DNA of 62,542 nucleotides, filler included, from Alphaproteobacteria bacterium (GCA_024280495.1; 4 parts of 4 records of this genome joined end to end with filler, not necessarily neighbours in it), one strand, 5' to 3'. Positions 48,482 to 58,810 are shown, numbered from the whole stretch's first letter. Translations and numbers: made by a program. Notes: generated by a model not told the origin, from the letters alone.

Positions 48482-49279
48482 GTGAAACTAACCACATTTT
48501 TATCTCCTGATATTACACGGGCTCTTAAATTACAGATGAGGGTCATATTTGCCCTTGTTCTCCGCGAAACAAGAACGACCTTTGGGACCTCTGCCCTTGG
48601 ATATTTATGGGCCATTTTAATTCCTGCCGCTAGTATTGGTATTTTAGTCCTTGTTTTTGGTGCTTTCGGCCGTTCAGCACCTTACGGTGAACATTTGGCC
48701 ATTTTCATAGCCCTTGGTTTATTAACCATGGAGTTTTACAAAAAATTAGAAGGATCATTGATGGTAGCTTTTAGAGCGAACAGAGCTCTATTGTCCTATC
48801 CACCCATTAAAGAAATTGACACCTTAATTGCACGTGCGATTCTTATTTCTGCGACATATATTATGATTTTCTCTGTTACCTTTATGGGTTTGTATATTTT
48901 TGATCTAGCCTCAATACCTGCACATGGAGATGTTTTATTTCAGGCATTTTTAGTAATTATTTTTTTTGGTTTTTCCATGGGGATTTTTAATGCTGTTGTC
49001 TCATCGCTTTGGGACTCTTGGACGCGCATTCACACTTTAATAAATAAACCTCTTTTTTTTGTATCGGCTATTTTTTATGTCCCCAGTTATTTGCCAACGG
49101 CAGCCATAGATGTTTTAAAATGGAATCCCGTTTTACATCTCGTGGAGTGGATGAGAGAGGGATACTATCCAGCGTATAATAGCACCATTTTGATGAAGCA
49201 ATACCCTTTGTCTTTTGCTCTTCTATTAATTGTATTTGGCCTTCTTGGAGAGCGCCTTTGGCGACGAAAAAGGATTTAA
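48482..49279 (+). CDS. kpsM: capsule ABC-2 permease
   Basis: RVIFALVLRETRTTFG..LGYLWA, WNPVLHLVE.MR. Confidence 0.92.
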   Translation: MKLTTFLSPDITRALKLQMRVIFALVLRETRTTFGTSALGYLWAILIPAASIGILVLVFGAFGRSAPYGEHLAIFIALGLLTMEFYKKLEGSLMVAFRANRALLSYPPIKEIDTLIARAILISATYIMIFSVTFMGLYIFDLASIPAHGDVLFQAFLVIIFFGFSMGIFNAVVSSLWDSWTRIHTLINKPLFFVSAIFYVPSYLPTAAIDVLKWNPVLHLVEWMREGYYPAYNSTILMKQYPLSFALLLIVFGLLGERLWRRKRI

Positions 49280-49281
49280 AT

Positions 49282-49929
49282 ATGTTTTCTTTGAAAAAAG
49301 TTGAAAAATCTTACACCTTAAAAGGGGTAACAAAGGTCATTCTTGAAAAAACATCCTTTGAATTTCCCCGAGATAAAAGCATTGCCATTATGGGGAAAAA
49401 TGGTGCGGGTAAATCAACCTTAATGCGTATGTTATCAGGCGCTGAACTCCCTGATAAAGGACGCATTATCAGGCATGGGAACGTATCATGGCCCCTTGGT
49501 TTTGCTGGTGGATTTAATGGCAGCATGACGGGAATAGAAAATATTCGTTTTATCTCCCGTGTGTATGGGCAAGATACTGAACACATCATTGATTATGTAC
49601 AGGATTTCTCTGAATTGGGAGATTCCTTGAAACTTCCTATTAGTGTTTATTCCAGTGGCATGAAGGCCCGTCTTGCTTTTGGTTTGAGTATGGCTATTCA
49701 CTTTGATTGTTACCTCATTGACGAAATTATGTCCGTTGGAGATAAAAATTTTAAGAAAAAAAGCCACAACGTTTTCAATGAAAAGTTACAAACGTCAAAA
49801 ATCATTATGATTTCACATGCAAATTCCATTATTAAAGAATATTGTGACTGTGGAATTATTTTGACTGATGGAAAAATAGCCTATTATGATGATGTTAATG
49901 AGATGTTAGAGGAATATGGAAAATCATAA
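49282..49929 (+). CDS. kpsT: capsule ABC ATP-binding protein
   Basis: GKNGAGKST, SWPLGFAGGF, YSSGMKARLAFGLSM, YLIDE. Confidence 0.95.
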   Translation: MFSLKKVEKSYTLKGVTKVILEKTSFEFPRDKSIAIMGKNGAGKSTLMRMLSGAELPDKGRIIRHGNVSWPLGFAGGFNGSMTGIENIRFISRVYGQDTEHIIDYVQDFSELGDSLKLPISVYSSGMKARLAFGLSMAIHFDCYLIDEIMSVGDKNFKKKSHNVFNEKLQTSKIIMISHANSIIKEYCDCGIILTDGKIAYYDDVNEMLEEYGKS

Positions 49930-49955
49930 ATACAACCTTTAAATCATATGGAAAA

Positions 49956-51230
49956 TTGGAAAAACCGTCTCAAAAACCGCGCATTCTGCTTTTGCAAGGT
50001 CCAGTGGGACCCTTTTTTAAATGCCTTCAAAAGTTTTTGAATGAAAATGAATATGATGCATGGCGTGTCTGCTTTAACCCTGGGGATACTCTTTTTTCCA
50101 ATAGAAAAAAACGAATCAATTTTTTAGGTAATCCCCTTGAATGGGAAACTTGGTTGCGGGATTTTCTATCCGTTGCAAAGTTTGACAAGATTGTCTTCTT
50201 TGGTGGGGAGCGCCCCCTTCATCGAGTGGCACGGCTTATTGCCTTAGACTTAAATATCCCTATTATTTCCCTTGAAGAAGGTTATGTGCGTCCTGGGTTT
50301 ATTACCGTTGAACACAATGGCAATAATGCAAGATCTCCCATTGCAGGTAAATCTCCTCCCAGAAATTATAAAAATGAGTCCCCCCTAACCACAAAGGATT
50401 ATCATAGTTTTGCTCCCGTTGCCTGGTCTGCGATTTTTTATTATGTGGTTCGAAATTTATTTGCATCTCGCCAACAAAGAAAACTTTTCCATCGTAAGGC
50501 TCATGTGGTTTCTGAAGCTTATTACTGGGTACGTAATTTTTGGCGCCGTACGTTATTGCAGCATAAAAATCTAAATCATATTGATCATCTTTGCCAAAAC
50601 TGCCACAAGAAATTTTTTATTATTCCTTTGCAGGTAGCCATAGATAGTCAACTGGGTATTGCAGCACACGGGTGGAATTCAGCGCGTTTGATTTCATCTG
50701 CGTTGACTTCTTTTGCGAAAAGCGCTCCAGAAGATTATCGATTGATTTTTAAAATCCACCCCTTGGAACGAGGCCACAGTAATGATTCTGAGCTTATTTA
50801 TCAAATGGCAGAAGCCTTTAATGTACGAGATCGTGTTGATGTGATTATTACTGGCCCCCTTGGCCCTTTGGTTAAGAATGCAGCTGGTATGGTGACCATT
50901 AATAGCACCTCAGGAATGTCTGCTATTTTCCATGGCGTCCCTTTATTGGTTATCGGAGATGCCTTTTACGCCATTGATAAAATTGCCACATGTGCCCATG
51001 GAGAGCCCGATTATGACAGTTTTTGGCATAATACATTTGTCGCGGATAAAAAAACACGTCATAACTACATAGAGTGGCTCAAAAAAGTAGCCTTAAAACC
51101 AGGTTGTTTTTATGCGTCTGCTGGTATTGATCTTGCATGTCAGGGCGTGATGGATAAAATCCAAGAAAGCCTTCAAAATAAAACAACTCCAAAAAAAATG
51201 AGGAAGAGACAACGTGAAGAATCGTTATAG
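49956..51230 (+). CDS. kpsS: KpsS/LipB-family beta-Kdo transferase
   Basis: LLLQGPVGPFF, EEGYVRP, PLQV..DSQ, KIHPLERG, VTINSTSG. Confidence 0.9.
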   Translation: MEKPSQKPRILLLQGPVGPFFKCLQKFLNENEYDAWRVCFNPGDTLFSNRKKRINFLGNPLEWETWLRDFLSVAKFDKIVFFGGERPLHRVARLIALDLNIPIISLEEGYVRPGFITVEHNGNNARSPIAGKSPPRNYKNESPLTTKDYHSFAPVAWSAIFYYVVRNLFASRQQRKLFHRKAHVVSEAYYWVRNFWRRTLLQHKNLNHIDHLCQNCHKKFFIIPLQVAIDSQLGIAAHGWNSARLISSALTSFAKSAPEDYRLIFKIHPLERGHSNDSELIYQMAEAFNVRDRVDVIITGPLGPLVKNAAGMVTINSTSGMSAIFHGVPLLVIGDAFYAIDKIATCAHGEPDYDSFWHNTFVADKKTRHNYIEWLKKVALKPGCFYASAGIDLACQGVMDKIQESLQNKTTPKKMRKRQREESL

Positions 51231-52497
51231 AATTTTTTTTAAAAACCCTGTTTTTTCGATATTCCCCTTACTTTGTGCAACCTTGGTTTTAAGCAACTGT
51301 AGTATTAACTCACGTCAAGGGCCATCTGCGCTTGACATTGATTTGATGTCAAAAAATCAATATAAAACAGATCAAACTTATGTGGTTTTTAATATAACCC
51401 CTGAACTTATTCAAGAGCTTGATCAAAATCGCACATCACCTTTTTTGAGCACCTTTGGCAAAGAAAATACATCCTATAATCCCATCACCCTTGGAGTAGA
51501 TGATATTCTAGAAGTTAATATTTGGGAAGCATCGGCATATGGTCTTTTTTCTACCAGGGAAGTTAAACAAACGTCAATTAAAACAGAAGTGGATGAAAAT
51601 GGAGAGATTTTTGTGCCGTACGTTGGCCGAGTGTCTGCATTTAATAAAACCGTTGAAGAGATTAGGAAAATCATAGAAAATGGCTTAAAAGGTAAAGCTG
51701 TTGAGCCCCAGGTTCAAGTGATTTTAGCCGTAAATAACAGTAATAATATTACCATTGTAGGAGATGTGAATAAGCCAGGTCAATACCCATTGCCCACACG
51801 TGGCCTTCGTTTGATGGAGGCTATCGCCATTGCGGGTGGCACCCCTCAACCTACTTTTGAATCCGAAGCAACAATATTGCGTAAAGTAATTGATACATCG
51901 CGGCAACAATCTCCTTCTCCCTTACAAGATACTGATATATCGAAAACTAACCTAGGGGCCAGATCAACAACAAAACAAGGTACCGTTCGATTAGATGAGA
52001 CCTTAAGTGATCCTCAAAATAATATTTGGCTTTCGTCCCATGATACCGTTCAAATCCTTAATCGCCCTCGTCGTTTTGCTGCTTTTGGTGCCGTTGAATC
52101 TAAAAATTTGGTGCCCTTTAAAACAGAAACGCTAACCTTGGCGGAAGCTCTTGCTATGGTTGGCGGATTGCGAGATGATTTAGCTGATTCAGGTGGGGTT
52201 TTTCTCTTTCGTTTCGAAGATTCTGAGCTTATTGAAACAGTTCAAAAGAGATTTAAAGGGACTTCAGACACTCTTTATACAGCATCCAATGAGCCAATGC
52301 GTATCACAGTCGAAGGTCGTCAAGCAACTGTTTACCGTTTAAACTTCAATAAACCTCAGGCATTTTTCATGGCTAGTAATTTCCTCATGCGTGATAAAGA
52401 CATTATTTATATCGCCAATGCACCAACGGCTGAATTTAATAAATTTATGACCAAAATTGTTGGACCCATTGTCTCTCTAGCAAAAAATGCACGCTAA
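51214..52497 (+). CDS. outer-membrane polysaccharide export lipoprotein (OPX; Wza/BexD-like)
   Basis: LSNC lipobox, GP, D.LEV.IWE, VDENGEIFVPYVG, GGLRD..AD..GVFLFR, MRDKDIIYIANA. Confidence 0.9.
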   Translation: MKNRYRIFFKNPVFSIFPLLCATLVLSNCSINSRQGPSALDIDLMSKNQYKTDQTYVVFNITPELIQELDQNRTSPFLSTFGKENTSYNPITLGVDDILEVNIWEASAYGLFSTREVKQTSIKTEVDENGEIFVPYVGRVSAFNKTVEEIRKIIENGLKGKAVEPQVQVILAVNNSNNITIVGDVNKPGQYPLPTRGLRLMEAIAIAGGTPQPTFESEATILRKVIDTSRQQSPSPLQDTDISKTNLGARSTTKQGTVRLDETLSDPQNNIWLSSHDTVQILNRPRRFAAFGAVESKNLVPFKTETLTLAEALAMVGGLRDDLADSGGVFLFRFEDSELIETVQKRFKGTSDTLYTASNEPMRITVEGRQATVYRLNFNKPQAFFMASNFLMRDKDIIYIANAPTAEFNKFMTKIVGPIVSLAKNAR

Positions 52498-52655
52498 GCT
52501 TAGAATGCACCCCTTTTCAGGGGGTGAAATTGACAAAATACCTTTATTTTACAGGGGTATGAGCGTTAACGATAATTTTGGTTCTTTCGCATCTGTTGAG
52601 TAAGGTTTGAAAAGGTACAAGAGCAAACAGGGAATCATCCGTCGATGGTGACAAC

Positions 52656-52872
52656 TAAGGTGGTCCTAGTTGTTAGGATAGGTTTGCAGCGATTTTAAGG
52701 TCACAGGGGTGATTTTTTCATTTTCTACGCTGCTTTTTGCACACAAGAAAGATCAAATCCTTCCTGATATGTAACACCATTATACACTTCACTTGGAGTG
52801 TGTCCATTGAAGGTTGAATGGGGACGTTTGTCGTTATAAAACTCAAAATATTCCCCAATTTCTTTCCGGGCT
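52656..52872 (-). mobile_element. right end of an IS3-family insertion sequence, truncated at contig end
   Basis: Minus-strand frame 52871-52725 reads ARKEIGEYFEFYNDKRPHSTFNGHTPSEVY...*, the IS3 integrase-core C-terminal motif; putative terminus ...GGACCACCTTA at 52656. Confidence 0.8.
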
Positions 52873-52972
52873 NNNNNNNNNNNNNNNNNNNNNNNNNNNN
52901 NNNNNNNNNNNNNNNNTTAATTAATTAANNNNNNNNNNNNNNNNNNNNNNNNNNNNNNNNNNNNNNNNNNNN
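52873..52972. other. artificial contig linker
   Basis: N44-TTAATTAATTAA-N44. Confidence 0.97.
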
Positions 52973-53227
52973 CATTAAGTCTGCAGAAAAAAGAAATCGT
53001 CAAAATGTTGTGCGTTACGCCCGTAACCACTCTCGTATTGTTCGTATTCGTACATTCATTCGTAACGTTGAAGAAGCTCTTGAAGCTGGCGTTAAGTCCA
53101 CAGCAGCGGAAGCTTTGAAAAGGCACAACCTGAAATTCAACGTGGTGTTACTAAAGGCGTTCTTCGCAAGAAAACGGCTTCTCGTAAGATTTCTCGTTTG
53201 GCAGCCCGTGTGAAAGCACTGGCATAA
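52973..53227 (+). CDS. rpsT: 30S ribosomal protein S20 (5' truncated; 1-nt frameshift at 53118-53121)
   Basis: [11 protein letters not shown]...RIRTFIR...AEALK / [27 protein letters not shown]; upstream of dnaA. Confidence 0.92.
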
Positions 53228-53288
53228 ATATATAAGCTTTAGTCGTTCAAAAAGGTTCCAGCCTAAAAACGACATTATTATAAGTAGG

Positions 53289-53313
53289 GGAGGGCATTGG
53301 CTCTCCTTTTTTT
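53289..53313 (+). terminator. intrinsic terminator after rpsT
   Basis: GGAGGGC-ATTG-GCTCTCC followed by T7. Confidence 0.7.
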
Positions 53314-53408
53314 ATATTTATATATTTTTCAGGTCGTGTTCCGTACACACTTTCGTTATAGTGGTGTTAATTTCCCAATAGATAATCAGTAAGAGTTCAG
53401 TTTACCCC

Positions 53409-54818
53409 ATGGTTAAAAGCGAATCCACACCGCACGTTATGAAAGTTGCTCAAACAAATGACACATCTTTTATTGAGATGTGGGAGTCGTTAAAATCGAC
53501 TTTTCCAAAATTTTTTGGGGAGGCGACTTATAAAAGTTGGCTTGCCCCTTTGGCATTTAAAGAATTTAATTCTGGTCGTTTTGTCATCTCGGCCCCGACG
53601 TCGTTTATGCGGGATTGGGTCATAGACAATTGTAAAACTCAAATTCTTAAATTTTTGCAGGAGCTCCATCCAACTGTTCTTTTATTGGATATAGTTGTTG
53701 ACAAGAATCTCGCTATAGAAAGTCAGCAACAAGCCCCAGCAATTATTGCGGAACAGCCTTCTTTGAAGGCTACCCATGCGGGTGAAATCGAGGTTATTGG
53801 ATCTAGGTTAGAGCCACGTTATGTTTTTGATAATTTTGTGGTGGCTCCCTCCAATGAGTTAGCCCATGCGGCAGCCCTTCGTGTGGCGGAATCTCCTAAA
53901 GTTCATTTTAATCCTCTTTTCATTTATGGAGGTGTTGGTCTTGGAAAAACCCATTTGATGCATGCTATCGCCTGGCACATTAATAAGCTTCACCCAAAGC
54001 GTAAGGTTGTTTATCTTTCCGCTGAAAAATTTATGTATCAATTCATTCGGGCCCTTCGCTTTAAGGATATGATGTCCTTTAAGGAAAAATTTCGTTCTGT
54101 TGATGTTTTGATGATTGATGATTTTCAGTTTATTAGCGGAAAAGAATCAACCCAAGAGGAGTTTTTTCATACTTTTAATGCTTTGGTAGACCAAAATCAT
54201 CAGGTAATTATTTCTGCTGATAAATCTCCCTCTGATTTGCCGGGTCTCGAAGAGCGTATGAGATCCCGATTAGGTTGGGGGCTTGTGGCTGATATTCATC
54301 CCACAACTTATGAATTGCGCCTTGGGATTCTACAATCCAAAACCGAACAATTAGGGGCGGAAGTTCCTATAAATGTTTTAGAGTTTTTAGCCCATAAAAT
54401 TGCCTCTAATGTGCGCGAGCTTGAGGGGGCCTTAAATCGTATCGTTGCTCATTCGACCCTTGTTGGGGGAGCAATCACTGTGGAGTCTACTCAGCAGGTC
54501 TTGAGGGATATCCTTCGTGCCAATGACCGTCGAGTGACCATTGATGAAATCCAGCGCCGTGTGGCCGAGCATTATAATATTAAAACCTCAGATATGCATT
54601 CTGCTAAACGAGTGCGTACAATCGCAAGACCAAGGCAGATTGCCATGTATCTCTCTAAAAAATTGACGGAAGCTTCTTTACCAGAAATTGGGCGTAAATT
54701 TGGAGGGCGAGATCATGCAACGGTCATGCATGCCGTGAAAAAAGTATCTGAGTTAATGCTTGAGGATCGCAGTATCAATGAAGACGTTGAATTGCTTTTG
54801 AAAATGCTTCAATGTTAG
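53409..54818 (+). CDS. dnaA: chromosomal replication initiator DnaA
   Basis: NPLFIYGGVGLGKTHL, QEEFFHTFN, NVRELEGAL, RQIAMYL, IGRKFGGRDHATVMHA. Confidence 0.99.
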   Translation: MVKSESTPHVMKVAQTNDTSFIEMWESLKSTFPKFFGEATYKSWLAPLAFKEFNSGRFVISAPTSFMRDWVIDNCKTQILKFLQELHPTVLLLDIVVDKNLAIESQQQAPAIIAEQPSLKATHAGEIEVIGSRLEPRYVFDNFVVAPSNELAHAAALRVAESPKVHFNPLFIYGGVGLGKTHLMHAIAWHINKLHPKRKVVYLSAEKFMYQFIRALRFKDMMSFKEKFRSVDVLMIDDFQFISGKESTQEEFFHTFNALVDQNHQVIISADKSPSDLPGLEERMRSRLGWGLVADIHPTTYELRLGILQSKTEQLGAEVPINVLEFLAHKIASNVRELEGALNRIVAHSTLVGGAITVESTQQVLRDILRANDRRVTIDEIQRRVAEHYNIKTSDMHSAKRVRTIARPRQIAMYLSKKLTEASLPEIGRKFGGRDHATVMHAVKKVSELMLEDRSINEDVELLLKMLQC

Positions 54819-54985
54819 GGAGATTTTAGAGTTTTTTTTTACGGGAAATATTATCTATAACACAAAAGAGGTGCAAAAAAAAAGCTTGTTTTTAAGGGAA
54901 GTTATCCCTACATATTCAGTAAGGTCTTTTCCGATGTGAAAAGACCAGATACTATGATGACGAAACAGCCTAAGGACCCTGCACA

Positions 54986-56341
54986 ATGGCTCAAGCTTCA
55001 CAAGACAAATTAAGTCAAAACTCTGCTCCACAAGAACAGGAAAATTTAAATATCATTGGATCGGCCAGGAGTCTTCCCAAAGGTGTTTGGGCCGTCAGTA
55101 TCGCCATGATGCTCATTGCTGTTTCCACCACCATGGTTTTTTCGATTTCTCCCTTTTTTATAACCCAGGTATTGGGGTTGAGCTTGGTCTCACTTGGCAT
55201 CATGGAAGGAATCTCGGAAGGGCTCTCGTACTTTTCTAAACTCGCCTCCGGTTTCGCAGGCGATTTTTTTAGGCGTAAAAAGCCCCCTTTGATTATTGGA
55301 GTGGCCATGGCAACAATTTCAAAACCTATTTTCATTTTTGCTGGTGGTGCCAGCATGATCATGCTGTCTAAAGTCATTGAGCGTATCTCAAACGGTATTA
55401 TGGCAACGCCTCGCGATGCTTATTGTGCCGAGGAAGTGGGTGCTTCTAGGCGCGGGGTGTCCCTTGGGTTGATGATGTCCCTTAAAACATTTGGATGTGC
55501 ACTTGGGTCCTTTATCATTGGTGGGCTTATTGTTTTCACCGATGACTATCGTCTGCTTCTTTGGATTGGTTTTTTGCCCTGTTTTTTATCCTTTATAGTT
55601 TTGCTTTTTTACATGAAAGAAAAACGTGTTGAAAAAGAACTCAATACCCCAAAGAAAAAAAATAGAAAACTGAAATTGGAAGATTTTAAATCTTTGAACA
55701 ATCGTTATTGGAGCTTGGTTGTGATCGCGACGCTCTTTATGTGCGCGCGTTTTAGTGATGGTTTTTTGGTCCTGCGCATGAATGAATTGGGGGCTCCCAT
55801 GTGGCTTAGTACGTCGACTATCGGCATTTTAAATTTGGTTTCAGCCTTTGCCTGCTTGCCCGTTGGTCGGATGTCTGATCGCATTGATCGCTCTCGTATG
55901 CTGTATTTTTCTTTTATTGCTCTCGTGCTATCCAATGTGTGTTTTATGCTTGAAGGTGGATTGCTTCTTGCCCTTGTGGGCGTTGTTATCTGGGGCGCCC
56001 AACGGGGAACATCGCAAATGCTTTTTGCCGCTATTATTGCCGATGAAGTGCCTGAGAAAATCATTGGAACGGCTTTGGGTATTTATTATCTTCTTTCTGG
56101 TGTTATTGCCGTTGCCGCTGGCTTTATGGCGGGGCATGTGGCAGATATTCAATTATATTATGCCTTTGTTTTTGGTCTGGTTGCCTCGAGCATTGCTCTC
56201 GTGGCTCTGATTGTGCGTAATGAATTTATGGGACATGGCACGCGACGAAAAACCAAGCCGCGGTGTTCCACTGAAGATAAGAAGAGGTTAGGGCAAGGGC
56301 AAGGGCAAGGGCAAGGGCAAGGGCAAGCAGCTGGTGCCTAA
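54986..56341 (+). CDS. MFS transporter (same family as 23648-24859)
   Basis: GDFFRRKKP, ATPRDAY, GRMSDRIDR; about 12 TM. Confidence 0.9.
   Translation: MAQASQDKLSQNSAPQEQENLNIIGSARSLPKGVWAVSIAMMLIAVSTTMVFSISPFFITQVLGLSLVSLGIMEGISEGLSYFSKLASGFAGDFFRRKKPPLIIGVAMATISKPIFIFAGGASMIMLSKVIERISNGIMATPRDAYCAEEVGASRRGVSLGLMMSLKTFGCALGSFIIGGLIVFTDDYRLLLWIGFLPCFLSFIVLLFYMKEKRVEKELNTPKKKNRKLKLEDFKSLNNRYWSLVVIATLFMCARFSDGFLVLRMNELGAPMWLSTSTIGILNLVSAFACLPVGRMSDRIDRSRMLYFSFIALVLSNVCFMLEGGLLLALVGVVIWGAQRGTSQMLFAAIIADEVPEKIIGTALGIYYLLSGVIAVAAGFMAGHVADIQLYYAFVFGLVASSIALVALIVRNEFMGHGTRRKTKPRCSTEDKKRLGQGQGQGQGQGQAAGA
56291..56326 (+). repeat. (GGGCAA)6 in-frame microsatellite encoding (GQ)6
   Basis: Six perfect hexamers near the MFS C-terminus. 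Confidence 0.95.
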
Positions 56342-56428
56342 AATTTAATTTTATGATAGAGATTTGATGGGTGGCGGTGTAAACTGCCAGTCTCCCTTTT
56401 AAAAAAAGTGACAGATTAAGGATTAAAA

Positions 56429-56911
56429 ATGACTTCTAAAACCGATAAGCCAGCACTAGATCTAAATCAAGACATGGTTCGTCAATTGGCTGAAATTTTG
56501 AATGAAACGAATTTGTCGGAAATCGAATACGAAGTTGGTAACAATCGTATTCGAGTGGCACGCCAACTTGTAACCTCACCTGTGACTACGGTTGCGGCGC
56601 CTTCTGTTCTGGCACCCGTTGCGGTTCCTGACCAAGGAATGCCTCAAGCCATAGTCCCCCAAGATCCAGCCGATCATCCAGGTGCAGTTAAGTCTCCCAT
56701 GGTTGGGAATGCCTATATGTCTTCTGCGCCAGGGGTTGCGGCCTTTGTTAAAGTCGGTGATTCTGTTAAAATCGGTGATAGCATTTTGATCATCGAAGCC
56801 ATGAAAGTCATGAATCAGATTAAAGCCAAAAAAGATGGCGTGGTCAAAGAAATACTGGTTCAAGATGGTGATCCCATTGAATTTGATGAAGTGTTGATGA
56901 TTATTGAATAA
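56429..56911 (+). CDS. accB: acetyl-CoA carboxylase biotin carboxyl carrier protein
   Basis: VKSPMVG, IIEAMKVMN biotinylation motif. Confidence 0.96.
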   Translation: MTSKTDKPALDLNQDMVRQLAEILNETNLSEIEYEVGNNRIRVARQLVTSPVTTVAAPSVLAPVAVPDQGMPQAIVPQDPADHPGAVKSPMVGNAYMSSAPGVAAFVKVGDSVKIGDSILIIEAMKVMNQIKAKKDGVVKEILVQDGDPIEFDEVLMIIE

Positions 56912-56970
56912 GAAAATTCTAATTTAATATGTTCCAATATATCTTTTAATTTTCCTGAAAAGGACTCTTT

Positions 56971-58320
56971 ATGATTAAGAAAATTCTAATTGCGAACCGT
57001 GGGGAAATCGCCCTGCGCATCCACCGTGCCTGTCATGAAATGGGTGTGAAAACCGTTGCAGTACACTCGACGGCCGATGCCGATGCCATGCATGTGCGCT
57101 TTGCCGATGAAAGTGTTTGTATTGGGCCTCCATCTTCTAGGGATAGTTACCTTAACATGCATGCCCTTATTTCAGCAGCAACCATCACGGGTGCAGATGC
57201 CGTTCATCCTGGTTACGGCTTTTTATCTGAGAATGCTGAATTTGCTGCCATGGTCGAAGAACATGGGTTTATTTTTATTGGCCCAACACCAGAACATATT
57301 CATGTCATGGGTGATAAAATTCTTGCCAAGGAAGCCATGATCAAAACGGGTATTCCCGTTGTACCTGGTTCCTCTGGTGCTGTTTTTCCTGGTCCAGAAG
57401 CCCATAAAATTTGTGAAGAAGTTGGCTATCCCGTTATCGTGAAAGCCTCTGGTGGTGGCGGTGGCAAAGGCATGCAAATTGTTCGTGATCCGAGCACCCT
57501 TGACCAAGCTATTCAAATTGCAAAATCAGAAGCCAAAGTGAATTTTGGGAATGATGAAGTTTTCGTGGAAAAATTTCTTGAAACACCACGTCACATTGAA
57601 ATTCAGGTTTTGGCCGATACCCATGGTCATGCCATTCATTTGGGAGAACGTGATTGCTCCTTGCAACGCCGTCATCAAAAAGTATGGGAGGAAGCCCCAA
57701 GTCCAGCCCTGAGCCAAGACCAACGTATGGCGTTGGGTGAGAGATGTGCCGAAGCGTGCCGTACTCTTGGATACCGAGGTGCGGGAACCTTTGAGTTTCT
57801 TTATGAAAGAGGCGACTTCTTTTTTATCGAAATGAATACCCGCGTACAGGTTGAACACCCTGTGACTGAGATGATTACGGGGGTTGATATTGTTCAAGAG
57901 CAAATTCGTATTGCTTCTGGAAAAAAACTTTCAAAGACTCAAGATCAAATTAATTTTGATGGTCATGCCATTGAGTGCCGTATTAATGCCGAACATCCAG
58001 AAACATTTGCCCCAAGCCCAGGTAAGGTTATTGATTATCATGCACCTGGCGGTCTTCGGGTGCGTGTGGATAGTGCCCTTTATTCGGGCTATAAAGTCCC
58101 GCCTCATTATGATTCTATGGTGGCAAAGCTTATCGTGCGTGGTGAAGATCGCCAAGAATGTTTGCGACGATTGCGTCGCGCCCTGGAAGAATTTGTCATC
58201 GATGGTATTAATACGATCATTCCTCTGCATCAGGCATTATCTTTGGAAGAAGATATAATTGCTGGTGAGTATGATATCCACTGGTTGGAAAAATATTTGG
58301 ATAAAAAAACAAACTCGTAG
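56971..58320 (+). CDS. accC: biotin carboxylase
   Basis: [54 protein letters not shown]. Confidence 0.98.
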   Translation: MIKKILIANRGEIALRIHRACHEMGVKTVAVHSTADADAMHVRFADESVCIGPPSSRDSYLNMHALISAATITGADAVHPGYGFLSENAEFAAMVEEHGFIFIGPTPEHIHVMGDKILAKEAMIKTGIPVVPGSSGAVFPGPEAHKICEEVGYPVIVKASGGGGGKGMQIVRDPSTLDQAIQIAKSEAKVNFGNDEVFVEKFLETPRHIEIQVLADTHGHAIHLGERDCSLQRRHQKVWEEAPSPALSQDQRMALGERCAEACRTLGYRGAGTFEFLYERGDFFFIEMNTRVQVEHPVTEMITGVDIVQEQIRIASGKKLSKTQDQINFDGHAIECRINAEHPETFAPSPGKVIDYHAPGGLRVRVDSALYSGYKVPPHYDSMVAKLIVRGEDRQECLRRLRRALEEFVIDGINTIIPLHQALSLEEDIIAGEYDIHWLEKYLDKKTNS

Positions 58321-58325
58321 GTTAA

Positions 58326-58710
58326 ATGATGCTGCATCATAAAAATAGAACTGTTTTCGAAATAAAGGGACCTGAGGCGGTCTCTTTTTTGCAGGGTGTT
58401 TTAACATCTGATGTAACAAAATTATCAACTCAAAAGATACAATATGCCGCTATGCTCACCCCCAAAGGGCGGTTTCATTTTGACTGCTTTTTGTATGACA
58501 GGGGGGATGACACAATTTTTCTTGAGACTGAAAAAGCCTTTGCTCAAGATTTTTTTAAGCGCCTCAAAATTTATAAGCTTCGTGCAGATGTTGCGTTAAG
58601 GGATATTTCAGATGACGTTTTTGTCATGACGTCCGATGTCTCTCAGGAAGGGTTTTTAAAGGATCCCCGCCATGTTGAGGCTGGTTGCCGAGGTATCTTT
58701 AAATCATTGC
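58326..58710 (+). CDS. ygfZ: YgfZ/GcvT-like folate-binding protein (3' truncated)
   Basis: I.GPEA.SFLQG..T.DV, LTPKGR..FD, L.IYKLRA.V, DPR. Confidence 0.85.
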
Positions 58711-58810
58711 NNNNNNNNNNNNNNNNNNNNNNNNNNNNNNNNNNNNNNNNNNNNTTAATTAATTAANNNNNNNNNNNNNNNNNNNNNNNNNNNNNNNNNN
58801 NNNNNNNNNN
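58711..58810. other. artificial contig linker
   Basis: N44-TTAATTAATTAA-N44. Confidence 0.97.

Noticed and set aside
52639..52648. CCGTCGATGG shared with 17484-17493
   Set aside because: A single 10-mer match with no extended similarity; likely chance.
53228..53408. oriC beside dnaA
   Set aside because: No cluster of TTATCCACA-like DnaA boxes seen on either side of dnaA.
54953..54966. TATGATGACGAAAC resembling a hammerhead core
   Set aside because: Lacks the C of CUGANGA and has no stem II or flanking stems.
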